Origin: Hormiphora californensis
Lineage: Eukaryota; Animalia; Ctenophora
DNA: 64,000 bases
NCBI GenBank assembly: GCA_020137815.1
Contig: CM035360.1
Location: 4,216,001-4,280,000 of the forward strand
Direction of reading: 5' to 3'
Part shown: in pieces, positions 12,530-25,500 of the stretch
Position numbering within the stretch: the first letter of the stretch is position 1
How the letters are laid out: the number at the start of each line of letters is the position of its first letter
The notes under the pieces: model-generated
What the model saw: only the letters and a program-made list of their open reading frames with translations
What the model was told of the DNA's origin: nothing
The model's database searches: none
Made by a program: the position numbers and the translations under genes

Positions 12530-15500
12530 TTAATACTTTTTCTGTAAAGTAGCCACATAAATCCACACGGACAGCACATTGTTGGGGTAAGGGTGAATAT
12601 ACACGGACAGCGCAAACTCAACCGCTGGATCCTCCGCTACATGTACATTAGTACTAAATACACTCTCCACAATCGTCTTTGCGTCTGCATATCTCATGTT
12701 CATGGGGAAGCCAGTGACATTATGAGAGTTTAACAACTCAGCCAGGGTCGACTGTTCCTCGTCTTCCGTCATGGTTCCCATTTCAAGTCGTGGCAGGATC
12801 TGCTTCATGAGGACCCGACAGTGCCTGTTCCACCTTGTCACATGTCTCTCTCGCCACTCCATCACCTTGTCCATCAGCATCTTCTCAAGGTTGCTCTCCA
12901 AATTTTGGACTGCTTCCAAGTTTGTCTCGGGGTATTCCAGTCGGGATACCTGGACGGTGGACAGCTTTGGAGATGAGCGGGTGAAGAATGGCTCCCAACA
13001 ACGTTTGTCCGTCAGGTTGAATTTCATCCTTGGAGGATCGTCAACGTTCTGGATATTGGCCCAGATGTTTTCGTGGTTGAATACATAACTGACAGTAACG
13101 AGAGAATGGTAGGGCTTATTTTGGGGGTGATCATGGCCTGTGGAGGGATTCCACAAGATCACTCCATCCAGTTGGTTCGTCATGACATAACATGTTTTAC
13201 CCTCAGGAACACCAACACCAACCACGACATACGCATCCACCCCCATGTACAGGAAATAGTTACACAGGAGCACCGCATGTTCCTCTTCGTCACCAGTAAG
13301 CATCTTCAGGAACCAATCAGATGTTATCCAGATATCACATGACCCGTTGAAGGCGATACTATCCTGGTAGTACGGGATACGGGATACAAACTTAGCTATC
13401 TGTTTCATAGCGGGGAGTGTTGACATAGTGGGGCCTCGTTCAGGAGGGAGAAGACCCGCTGGAGGATTCTGGGGTGTTATGAATCGGTTCACAAAGATCT
13501 GCTTTCCATTCACATCAGTTACCAGAATTCTAAAGTTTCGACTGGGGAACTTTTGTTTTAGCTTAGCATCCCAAATCTGGGAAGCCCGGACAAGTCGGGC
13601 GTCCTCGTTGGAGTTGAAGGCCTCGCGGAGGGGCGGCTGGGGAGCGAGGGGTGGTTCTACAGTGATGAAAATGGAGAGATAACTGTTTCTATCAGCTGGA
13701 GCGGATGTCAGGCTCATGAGAGAAGCCGGGTCAGCCAGTAACTGGGGTTGTAGGGTATGATCCTTGTTGTACCCTATTAGGGCATGAGGGACATTCAGCC
13801 TAAACTTTCCCTCGACTCTGGAGTTGATGTAGATGGTAGAAAAGGGAATGGAGAAACTGCCCAACCACCTCCTCTCGAGCCGCTGGTGAATGTTGGTATC
13901 CCTCAGCCGGCTATCCTCCAAGATATCCACTATGACCTCATCAAACACATTGAAGTAAACCTCGTCGCTAATGTGTCGGAGATTAGTAGCCGAGTAGTCA
14001 TTGTTTAGCACGTTGAGAGGTAGGAATGAGCTCTTGGTTCCAGTGTGGATTAGGTCCATCTGCTACATGGGTTACCTTGCTTTGCCGTTGGAAGGATACC
14101 TCCACAAACTGGCCGGAGCATGACAGCATACCTTGCGATGTTAGTGTCACTTGTCATTTGGGTTGTGGATGTGACGGGTTTACGGCGGACAGGCAGACTC
14201 TGGGCAGTTGATATGTTGATCATTAAGGAGACATTAGTGATTCCAACGGCCTGGTTGGTCACCTTCTTTCGTTCCTTTCTTTGTGGTCGGAGGGGATGTC
14301 GTGGTTCCAATAACTTTGCAATGCTCCTGCCTAGAGTGCTAATATCAGGGACCTGTTCCTCCATTACCACATCACTGAGCTCGTGAGAGACCCGGACCTG
14401 ACGAGACCTATTTGCTATCTTCTGCTGAACCTCCTTCAAAAACTTGGTGACCGCGGCTCTTTGTTGATCAAACACGTCTCCCTCCTCTTTCGCGAGGACC
14501 TTTTCTGTTTCCTTGTTGTCCGCTAAACAGAACTCAAAGTTTGTCATTTCGGAGGGGTACAGTGGTACCATCTTCATGGGTTTGTACTCCGGAACCCCCT
14601 GGTTTCGGAGAGATAACAGCTGGAACCTTCGATTATTTTCCAGCTCCTCCGTCGTTCCAAAATAGGTTTGTTTCTCGAGGTGATCCAGACGGAATGCCCG
14701 GACCTCGACCGGCCCACCGCCGCCTGGCCTGTTCATCAGATGGAGCAAGGGTGCATTACGGGGATCATTCGGATCAAGTTTAGCATCAGATATCCATTGA
14801 CTCACTTTTTCCATGTCGTTTAAACTTTTAACCCCGATTGAGTGTATCGGATCGGCCCGCCCAAATGTGACCTCTTTTTGGGCAGGAGCCAAGATTTTCC
14901 CGGTGTTGCTATCACGAACCCAGGCGGTTGAGCAAGACAATTTCCCGCTGGTCACATGGATTTTGTTGTCTTCTGCACAGGGCACCCCACTCCCAACGGC
15001 GCTGGACCCCGAATACGATGACTTTTGATTTGAACTGAACTCAAATTTATCGACCTCAACGCACCCTGTGTGCCTGTCATTCGAGGGAATTTCAAGGAAA
15101 ATGTCCGACAATTTTTCAGATGCAGCAAACAGCTCAAACCGAATACTCTCAGGCCAGTGAACAACTTGCATGCACACACTTTCAGAGAAACTAACCGTGA
15201 AATCTGAGGTAAGATGAACGGACGGTGTCTTGGTTACCTCAGAGTTGTTGTAGAACAGTTTCCCATAGTAAACAGACTTCTGGATATCTTTTCTCCGTTT
15301 TTGCTCCGGTGCTGGACATTCCTCAAGTGGTGTTATGACGACCGAGTGGGTTATCTCCAAGGTGACGATGGGATCCCCTGGTACTTTCCGACATCGCATA
15401 TCCTCCATCTGAATCTCATCCAGCAGGGCATCCAGTTTGGGCTTCACTGGAGCTGCTGGTTTTATTGGAAGTTCAACCATCTCTTGCTTGCTTTCCTTTT

Positions 15501-17154
15501 GCTTCTTTTTTAGCTCTTTCACTTGGAGTTTCCATGCAGCCATCTCATTTTTGTACCGCCCGTATTCGATATTCCATGCCCCCATTATTTCATCTTTCTG
15601 TTCAGTAAACGTGTGTTTGACCCTCCGCTGCCAGGCTTTATCCTCGGCCGCGTAGTCGCCCTGACTTTTGTGAATCAGAAGCTGGATGTTAGTATTAGTG
15701 TAGCCATTAGTTTCACGTAGAGTCTTTATATCACGCCATACCGTGAGAATGCTTTTTAGCATCTGTTTCTCTTTCAACCACTCCACATTCACCAGCTCCC
15801 TCACGTTCCTAATTTCCTCCAAATACTCATCCAAATTTTCCTTTCCCTCCCGATTAAACTGTTTCGTCATGTCCCAGGGTTTCGGTCCCAGAGTGTCCCT
15901 GATCTCCTGTACAGCATCCCGGAGAGATTGTAACCGAGAATCCAGGTGACTTGCTAGTTGTTGTCTTTGGAGGATCTGAAATCGTTGGTAAAGTTCCCGC
16001 AGCTGGGCCACTAGGACGTGCTCTCGGGAGAAAAGGGGGTGGTGGGTGAACTCAAGTTGGGCAACTGTGACGTGAAGCTGGTTGACGGTGCTGCGACCTA
16101 TAAATTTCCCATGTGAGGCGGTACATTTAGCAACTTGTTGGACGGTGCGGTCAACCTCAAAGTTGATCATTGGCCGTGATGAGATCTGTTTGAGGGGGTC
16201 AGGTGTCACCAACATACTACCATCAATACCAAACCATCTCTTTCCTCGATCCGTCTGCAGGAGACGACTCTCCATTTTGTTCCAGTTGGATAAGTTGACA
16301 CTAGGTGGCTCCCCGACATAGATACCCTCGTCCTCCAGAAAACAGGGCAAGCCACCGTGTAATGTTGTGGTCTCTACTGTCGAGGAGTCAGGGTAGAATG
16401 TCCGGCCATCTGGAACTGAGGACTTCATCTGTGGTCGGGCGACTACATACAAATTATCAAACTGAGAAAGAGCCCCATCGCCAGCGTCCACACGGTTAAT
16501 TTCAGTCGTCTCTTTTTCCGAAGGAGGGTTGTAAACTTTAGTGAAAAACGCCCACTCATCCACCTCTTCCTCTTGCTGGTGTAGACTCTCGATTGTATTT
16601 CTCTTGGCCATAACTTTCCATCTTAGACTAGTGCTCCTTTCCTCAGAAATATCCTGACCCGTGTCATCCTCTTCTATCCCACCACCTCCAGGACCACTCG
16701 TATCCGCAGTAATGTCGAACCGAGTCTGTTGCTCTCTTGCTCGGAGACCCCGTAGTTTCCTAACAGGTTCCTCCTGCATTGCACCCTCCTGGGACTTCTT
16801 GGCCTGTTCTTTGAGTCTCCAGCGGATGGAAGTACTCAGGTTTACTGACTGGGAGGCACTTTTCGGGTCCTCCTCTGTAGCATCCCCTAACATGGGTATC
16901 ATCTCAATATCATCACCAGACTGTTTCCCCACCCCGAAACTCTGATCAAGGGTCTGTTTCCGGATTTCACGGCGCTTAGCAATGCTTGTCATTAGTCTGG
17001 ATCCGTCTAAATTCCGGGAATCCCCATCCTCCTCTATGAGGGTGTCAGCTGGGATTGTCGTGTTTGATGTCATGTTCAGGTCTTTCCGTCGCTGGGATAT
17101 CTGTCCTCGGAGCGATATGTTGTTATCTGATGGTCTTTGTTGAAGTTGTAACAT
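12530..17154 (-). CDS. CC2D2A: CC2D2A (MKS6) transition-zone protein; apparently intronless, split by extra bases at 14109 and 14024
   Basis: Motifs LEDEGIYVG, FTHHPLFSREHVL, LDPNDPRNA, LLEPRHPLRPQRKERKK, RPFVEVSFQ...DGPNPHWNQEL (after repair), GDEEEHAVLLCNYF, C-terminal EFALSVYIHPYPNNVLSVWIYVA. ATG at 17154 follows a splice acceptor. Confidence 0.95.
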
Positions 17155-17156
17155 TG

Positions 17157-17186
17157 CTAAAGAGGGATACAGAGGATTTGTTAGTA
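17157..17186 (-). promoter_or_regulatory. Unpaired 3' splice site (candidate trans-splice acceptor) 2 nt before CC2D2A ATG
   Basis: TACTAAC branch point + pyrimidine tract + TTTAG|caATG; no canonical donor seen between it and the LRRC6 stop. Confidence 0.55.
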
Positions 17187-17382
17187 TTTGGGGAAGAGTT
17201 AGGATGGCGATTGAGGGCGCTTGGCCTTGGGTGAAGGGAAGAAGGTAAGAGGGTGAGACTGAGAGTTGGGATATTGGGAATTGGGCAGGTGAAAAAACAA
17301 AAATATCTATCCACAACACGGAAGAAAAACAGTCAACAGTAAAAACAGAAATTAAAAACAGCCCCAGAAAAAAAACATAGTT

Positions 17383-18741
17383 TCACATCAGTGGTGGTAC
17401 ATCAGGGTCATCTTCAAATCCAACTGGTACTTGTTTCACCTTCACAACAGGCTTGGTTTTGGTTACCATGGGTGCACCCTTCGAACCATCTGACTTAACA
17501 ATTTTACTGAAGTCCAAGTCTGGCTTTTTATCATCAAACTCCAAGAAATTGTTCGCATCCTTTTTCTTCTGTTTCTCCTTCAAGAATTTGGAGTTTTCAT
17601 CCCGGAACGATGGCCTAGAAACAGATTTAGTCGATTGCCATTGTTGGTTTAGTGTAGGCATGATTATTTGTAGCTTGCCCGTCATTTGAGATCTCTGACA
17701 AGAACTTGTATCCGGACAAACTTCCACGGGCAGAGTAAGCTGAAATGTCCGTCCCTCAGCGACTATTTTGATGTATGTAGGCTGAACGTCCATATCAATG
17801 TTGTGAGTTGAGAGATACTTTGGGACAGACACCTCAAGAGTTATCTCCCGACTATCACTAGAGTCATCTAACAGGAAGGGCCATTTCCCCTGATTGAGAT
17901 TGAGCCGTTTGCCCTCTCGTTCTAGAACTGTTTCTCTCTTAGGAACCTTGTTTGTCCGCACATTCGACTGAGCTGCCTCCCTCTCCAATCTCTCTTCCTC
18001 TAGTTTAGCGTGGATCTGTTTTCTCGTATCAGGGGTGTTTTCAACAGGGGTGTTCCAAAAATCGTCTTTGTTGTTTTTAGGTTTCTTTACCTCATCTCCC
18101 TCCTCATTTTCCTTCCCTATCTCTTCTATGGTAGCTTGAGGAGATTCCTCGGCGCCAATATCGGTGTACCATCGGCCACCCTTTCCCTCCTTTTTCTTCC
18201 GCTCTTTGATAAAGTAATCCTCCTGTTGCCACACAATGGATTTCCGGATCTCCTCCAGGTTTTGGGTCGCCTCAAGCCTTTCCGTGTTTGTAATGTCAAT
18301 GCCGTCAAGCCGCTGGAGTTGCGGCAATGTCCCTACAACGAAGTCACGGTAGTGCTCGAATTTCGCCGCTGGATTTCCTGTCATGTACATTTCATGTAGG
18401 AACTCATTGCATCGGAGTGATTCTATTGATGTTAGCTCAGCAATGAAGTTCACCGTAAGATCAAGCTTGTTGAGATTCTCGCACTTTTCAAGGTTTTCCA
18501 CTTTCTGAATGTTGTTCAGGGCGAGATTGAGATATTCCAGCTGTTTCAGCTTACTGACATTTTCAATTTTGTCAATAAGATTGCTCTGAAGGTAGAGGAT
18601 CTTGAGATCGCGACACCATTTGTCAATATGCTCGATCTTCTCTATGTCACTCTGATGTAAACTAATCTCTTCCAGTGAGAAAATGAGTCCTTCGTTATGC
18701 TCCGCCCGTTTCCGGATAAGGGCTTCAGAGATTTGAACCAT
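17383..18741 (-). CDS. LRRC6: LRRC6/DNAAF11 dynein axonemal assembly factor (LRR + LRRcap + CS domain), intronless CDS
   Basis: MVQISEALIRKRAEHNEGLIFSLEEISLHQSDIEKIEHIDKWCRDLKILYLQSNLI...; CS-like DVQPTYI; C-terminal FEDDPDVPPLM. Confidence 0.96.
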   Translation of the reverse strand: MVQISEALIRKRAEHNEGLIFSLEEISLHQSDIEKIEHIDKWCRDLKILYLQSNLIDKIENVSKLKQLEYLNLALNNIQKVENLEKCENLNKLDLTVNFIAELTSIESLRCNEFLHEMYMTGNPAAKFEHYRDFVVGTLPQLQRLDGIDITNTERLEATQNLEEIRKSIVWQQEDYFIKERKKKEGKGGRWYTDIGAEESPQATIEEIGKENEEGDEVKKPKNNKDDFWNTPVENTPDTRKQIHAKLEEERLEREAAQSNVRTNKVPKRETVLEREGKRLNLNQGKWPFLLDDSSDSREITLEVSVPKYLSTHNIDMDVQPTYIKIVAEGRTFQLTLPVEVCPDTSSCQRSQMTGKLQIIMPTLNQQWQSTKSVSRPSFRDENSKFLKEKQKKKDANNFLEFDDKKPDLDFSKIVKSDGSKGAPMVTKTKPVVKVKQVPVGFEDDPDVPPLM

Positions 18742-18866
18742 AATAGGGTTGCTAGAAGGTTTTAGATCTGAGGTCAATCAATGAAGAACAATTGAGTGCT
18801 TACTACGTACACGAGGCTATCAAGACAACAAATTGCAAAGCTAAGCTGCCGTATCCATCCAGGTCG

Positions 18867-18880
18867 GTTGCCCAAGAGAT
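18867..18880. promoter_or_regulatory. Candidate RFX X-box ~130 bp upstream of LRRC6 ATG
   Basis: Minus strand reads ATCTCT-TG-GGCAAC (strong GGCAAC half-site), inside a GCGC-rich promoter-like patch and upstream of a short 5'UTR intron. Confidence 0.4.
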
Positions 18881-19535
18881 ATTCATCCAACGCGATATTT
18901 TGAATCATTCCAAATATCTTCGCGCGCACGTCGAATTGAGTTGCACAGCGCGCAATTTTTGAAAATCTCTTTAAAATGGATTTGCGCGTGCAAAGAGTGA
19001 ACCTCGATTCGTTACAAACTTCATCGTCAAATTTCGATGTAAGCAAGCCTTTTCCTTACTAGCTTGATTCCCAACTACCTCATCAGGAACTAAACTGGCT
19101 AAAGTAAAGCTTAAATTCCGTTAATATGTACTTGTTGCTAAACAGAAACCCAAATGGAAAACACATTTGGTTTGCGGGGGAAACACAATTGAATTTTGAC
19201 AACACTCAAATATTAAACCTTCACATTAACATAATTCCAGGCAACAGGTACCAATTATAGATTTAACCAGCTAAATTGGGGCTGAGCTGCAGAGAGAAAT
19301 TGCTAAAAACGGGGATATTGAGAAATGTAAATATTGTGACCAAGATTTGAGCGAATGAGCAAATTCCATCTCCACGCCATCAAATTATTAACGTTGTTGT
19401 TATGAATAGTTAAAATAAGTAATGTACAACATCGTTATAGTTGTGTGTGTGTGTGTGTCCCATAAATAGACAGAAAATACAGTCCATACAACAGATAACT
19501 CTGATTGTTGAATTGGAATGTGAAGATGACAGTTC

Positions 19536-22500
19536 CTATTCAGTTTTCTTGCACTCAGTTTCCTCGACAGCAGCTGGGGTCTCCTGTTGCTCCTCGTCGT
19601 ATGCAATCACAGATGAGAAATCTCCTGTAAAGATATAGGGTTGTTGGAAAAATCACAACGTTTACTTGGAATTTCTAGAAATAAATTTTTAGTATTGTCC
19701 CCAATTGGGCGAAATAGAGAGATATGTCTAATTCAAAAAAGAGATCTACCCAATTATTCCCCAATAATGTACCTTTGATGAGGCTAATGATGAGGGGGAT
19801 TCCGACACAGGTAGGAACAAGGTATAGCAGGGCAGGTTGGGCAGCATTGAAAATAGTCAGAACTCCAATAGTCATCCCCATACCAAGCACATAGGACATG
19901 AAACTAACCCAGAAGTAGAACTGGGAACCTTCACCCTTGCTATAAAAGAGAGGGAGTTGTGTATTAGTGGGGGGGGGGGGGTTAGTGGCGAATATTAGTG
20001 GGTAGTGTTAGTGGGGAGATTAGTCAGTTATTATCACGATTCTTTCATAATTCTGACCGGGGCGATGATTGATTTAATTCTCCAACAAACCTGGCATCAT
20101 ATCGGAGTAGAAGGGCAATGAAAACACCAGGTAGGACAATATCACCGAGGCCGAGCATGGCAAAGTTGGAGCCGAAGATTCCTTTGTCGAGAAAATCCAT
20201 GGGGAAGAGAACTGTAAAGGGGGTGGGGGAGTTAGTGACACTGTCTGGTTCGAATATATTACGTGCTAATTAATTACTTGTTGTATCAAACAAAGATTAA
20301 TTAATTATCAATTAATTATTTGTCAAATTACAGATGAATTACCTTTGATGGGTGCATCAAGATTCTTCGCAACCATGACCATAACCTCAGTCCCAAACAC
20401 CCAGAAAATATCGTAGAAGAACAGAAGGGAGAGAAGGATACATCCGTTCTTAACACTGAAAAAAGGTCAGTTTTTATTATAATTATTATTATGAATAAAC
20501 TTTGGTGGTATTGGTCATAGCTAGAGAGGTCGGAGATGGATAGATTGGTAAAGATATCCCGGAATTATCATTTATCCCTATTGTGGATTCTATTGTCTGT
20601 TTCCGGGCTAAATATGGTGATCTATTGTCAGCACTCACCTTCCTAGAGAAATCATCTCAATACCGTTGATGGAGAATGCTAGACCAAACACATTGTTAGC
20701 CAACCAATGCTGAAAGAGGATAGAGAGATGGCTATTATACTATTTCACTAAGTTGGTGTTTCTATCTAATAGGTTACTGTGGTAGGGAAGGGAGCTCTCT
20801 GTGGTTTGTGAAAAGGGGATGTGTGATAGAACGATTACCCCCCCCCCCCCCCCCATTATACCACTCCGATTGTGCAACTGTCTGTTGAAATGATCCCCCC
20901 GCGCGCGCCATCTGACGCAAGTCTGCTGCTGACCATGAGATAATTTGGTATGTTTGAGACGCCGCGCGTGCCATCTTTTCCCCTGTCATACGTGGAAGGG
21001 GACAACGTGAATTTGATTCACGGTCCTTTTATAAAATAAGGGATCTGGGATTATTCAATTAATTTTTCAGGTACTCTACCTTTTTGAGGATATACCAGAC
21101 TCCAAAGAGAGCTGAGAGAGCAAGGGAAACGACGTAGAGAAGATCAAACTTGCACTCGAAATAAACTGAGGGACGGGGGTGTTAACAATTTTACTTGAAT
21201 TCGTGAAGACACAAGGTACAATTAATATAGTTAAGTATACTGTTAAGTATACTGTTTTGGAAATGTAATATGGAATGTAATATGGAACCAAGATTGTTCC
21301 TAAATCACGAGCCGCTCATACCAACCAACCAACCAACCAAGATTGTTCCTATCCCTTGCCCTCAACTACCCCCCAACTAAGCAGCCCTCATCATCAGCAG
21401 TGGTAATTTTTAGGGGATAGGGTGACATAGCGAACTAATTTATTTATTTGGTTTTTGGACAAAATTTTGACATATTTGGATTTCAAGGAGCACAGATTGG
21501 CAGCGAAATCGCCCAATATCTACCCTAACGAAGCACTTGCAGCACACTACCAATCACAACACAATGGAGAACCCCCTGATTTAGAGTTTGACATATTGGC
21601 AACTGGCTAGGACCAGCCAGTCAGACGAAAAGTCACGGAGGCGATCCTAATCAAATCTCTTAAACCTACTACATACTTAACAAACCTACTAATTAACAAA
21701 CGAGAAGAGGGAGAAAAGATCGAACAATTTATTATCTGATACAGTATCTGATTTTCTGATTCCTAGTTTGCGTGTGATGTATATATTGTACCTCGACCAA
21801 AACGCGGAGTTTTTACGTCAGCCGACCCGAAACCTGATTAAATTTTGCCACCCGCTGGTCTCAGGGCCTCCAAATATGTCTAAATATTATATGTCTAAAA
21901 TATGTCTATATTGTCATTTGGGGTCATTTAGACCTTTTAATTACATGTAATTACCCTTTAATTACATGTAATTACATTTTAATTACATGTAATTACTTCC
22001 AATTACATTCCAATTACTTCAGCACGTCGAGAGCTTTCGAACGCACCCTAGAACACCTTTCTACTCCTTCTAATTGCCGAGTTCTGTATACCCCTTATTT
22101 TGACTGTTTTTCGCGTCCTACCCCTTATAAATTTGGGTATGGCCATCGCCACACCCCCTATACGTCGCGGGACCTCGAGACCTTTCCAACGAGCCATAGA
22201 ACACCTCTCTACTACTTCAGGGGGCTTCAAAACTTTCACTCTAAAAATATCTATGGTTTTATGGTTATGGTTTATGGTTTTTTTTTCATCTGGTATTAAG
22301 GGCCTGTCGGCTCGGCCCCGTTGTTTTAGTTTTAGGGGGGATGTTTTAGGGGGGATGGGTTGAGTTTGGGTTATATTCGGGTCGGGGGGCCTTGCCAGGC
22401 CCCGAATAGTTCCTATTTCGTGTATTTTAGATATTAGACATTAATTAATGTGACCTTATTTTTAGCAGCCTGATGATGTCGATGTTCGACGAAACCGTCG

Positions 22501-25500
22501 TGTAATTTATTTCCTGCAATAAAATCATTGTCTCAGTTGTCCATATACTGCTATCAACTACTGAAGATGAGACTAATATCAAGCGTGGCAACACATGAAC
22601 TTTATAAATTTTGGATGTAATTGTAAGTAATTACATGTAATTAAAATGTAATAACATGTAATTAAAGGCTCTAAATGACCCCAAATGACTTTGACGTATT
22701 TAGATGTCCTGAGACTAGCGGGTGACCAAATTTAAGCCGGTTTCGGGTCGGATGACATAAATACTCCACGTTTTGGTCGAGAAATATCCAGTAACATTAT
22801 ACGCGATAGGACTGGGTACACGATAGGACTGGGTACACGATAGGACTGAACCATTCGGCTCACTTTTCAATATGCGTCTACTCATTTTGTTACTTCTCTT
22901 GCTCCTTCAGGTAATTGAGATAGTTTTTACTGTAAATAAATGAAATTTACATTGTATTAATTAGTTTCATTTTACCATTACTGAAATCAATTCTTTCTCT
23001 CCAGGTCCAGAACCTTGAAGCACGTGGGACATTTGAGATACAGTTTCTGGAGTATAGTAATCCTGATTGCAGTGAGTCAGGTGGTTGCGACTTTTACTTC
23101 AAAGACTTTCAACTCGGCGTCAATGGAATCTTACATGACTATGAATATTATATAGATCTTCCATATAATACAAGCGTTGTGGATTTGACAACTATTTACT
23201 TTGGAAGTTACAATTTTTCGTTCGAATTCCCAATGAGAGCAACAGTTAGTACGAGCTGGGAAGTTTGGGAATATGATGATGGGTCGATGGTCGGGGATGA
23301 TAAAATCCAAGACATCAACATTTCCATCCCTCTCTCAAACTACACAGCCTCTTCAGTTTGGCAGACTAGAAAATATTCTGGGACAACAGAAGAAGGAAAC
23401 ATAGCTGTTCTGTCGCTTAAATTCCGTATATCAAGTTGTGATTCACACTTTAAAGGAAAGGGATGTGATGATTGTAAGGAAAAGTGGGAAGGAAGCATTT
23501 GTGATATTTGCAGAGGAAACTGGAAGGAACCTGATTGTGATATCTGTGATATTGGCTGGGACATTGGGACAAACTGTACGACTTGTGCTGGCAACTATTA
23601 TCCAGCTGGAAACTGCTCTCTACACTGCATCCCTACTCCCGAAATGTCAACCTGTACTGACCAGGGACAGTTAGTCTATGAAGATCACGTCATAGGAGAT
23701 ACCTGTGACACCTGTGAAACAGGGTGGGATATTGGGACCAACTGTAGCTCCTGTTTTCCACATTTCTATCCAGCTGGGAACTGTTTGGTAAAGTGTGTCT
23801 CTGTCCAAAACATGTCTTGGTGTGATGATCAGGGGAATCTGGTTTGTAAGCCCCACGTCACTGGGGACATCTGTGACCGTTGTGCAGTAGGTCGGGACAT
23901 TGGGACAAACTGTACGACTTGTGCTGGCAACTACTATCCTGCTGGAAATTGCTCTCTACACTGCATCGCGGATCCTGGAATGTCAACCTGTACTGACCAG
24001 GGACAGTTAGTCTGTGAAGATCACGTCATAGGAGATACCTGTGACACCTGTGAAACAGGGTGGGACATTGGGACCAACTGTAGCTCCTGTTCTCCACATT
24101 TCTATCCAGCTGGAAACTGTTCAGTAAATTGTGTCTCTGTCCCAACCATGTCTTTTTGTGACAGCCAGGGTGCTCTAGTTTGTGAGCCTCATGTTACAGG
24201 GACCAACTGTGACAAATGCCTAACAGGATGGGACATTGGGACCAACTGCACGAGCTGTGAGGAGGATTGGACAGGCGAGAAATGCGACTCTTGTGCAGAT
24301 AGCTTCTATCCAGCCGGGGATTGCACTGTTCACTGCCTGTCTGATGATAACTTTGCGTGCACTACTCAGGGAGTTCGGCTGTGTAAAATAGGAAGTACTG
24401 CAGAGGAATGTGTTTCCCACAACAACAACTTGGTCGGGAAGGCTATCCTAGGTGGTATGATATCTGGTCTCACTGTGGTTCTACTCGCCGGATTGGTTGG
24501 GATAATCGTGGTTACTATTAAATATAAAAGGAGGAGGAATACTACCGCTGAACCGATTGTTCATCAAGGCCCAACAACCCAGAAGGAACATGATTATGTG
24601 GAGATGGACGACGTCACAAACAAGCCCATCTAGCACCTGAACCCGGGGTATAATGACTAAGGAGATTAGACTTTCACCATAATTGGTTTTGAACTGTGAG
24701 ACTAATATAATCGGCTTTAATATAACTAGAGCCCAACGTTTTCAATAATAACAACGGCTGATACACAGGGATTCGTGTGTTGAAAAATCAATGTTTTTGA
24801 TGTTCATTTTGAGCATAGGGAGGATATGAATTATGAGTTTAGCCATTTCCATTTTCCGCCAAAAATTGGCCGGATTTGGGGCAAAACTGTTTTCCTGGCT
24901 ATTTGAAAGACTTTTCGGAAACATTCACTGCACCAAGCACATGTAACAAAATTCAGATTTCAGACATGGAATAGCTCTGTACAACCCTTTTCTAACTATT
25001 CCATGTCGAAAATCTCGGTTTCGTGGACGAATTGAGGGAAATACGGCTGTTTCAAATTAGCAGACTAAGGCGGGCTAATTGAAACACCAAATTTGGATAA
25101 ATATCACGTGACCCTGACCCCGGAAGACAAAATGAGACATCTCAAACCACTTCAAAAACTACCCTGGGACTGTCTCGGTAAAATAGGGTGAAACAATTTT
25201 AGGTTTGACTTGATTTGTAGACACACAAAGGAAAAAAGTGAAAAACTGTTTCAAATAGCCAGTGGCTACCCTATCCAGGCGCGGCTCAGGAAAGTTGGCA
25301 GGTCGGTAGAACTTCGACAGAATTTATGGCAGGTCTGAATTTAGGGCATCTCTGAATTTAGGGCGGGTCTGAATTTAGGGCAGGTCTTAATTTAGGGCAG
25401 GTCTGAATACTCAGAGTGACTGAGAGTTAGTAGTCGGATGATAGGTATTTGATGATCTTATGATGGTTGAGAGTGAGTTAGGAGGATACAAATATTTAGG

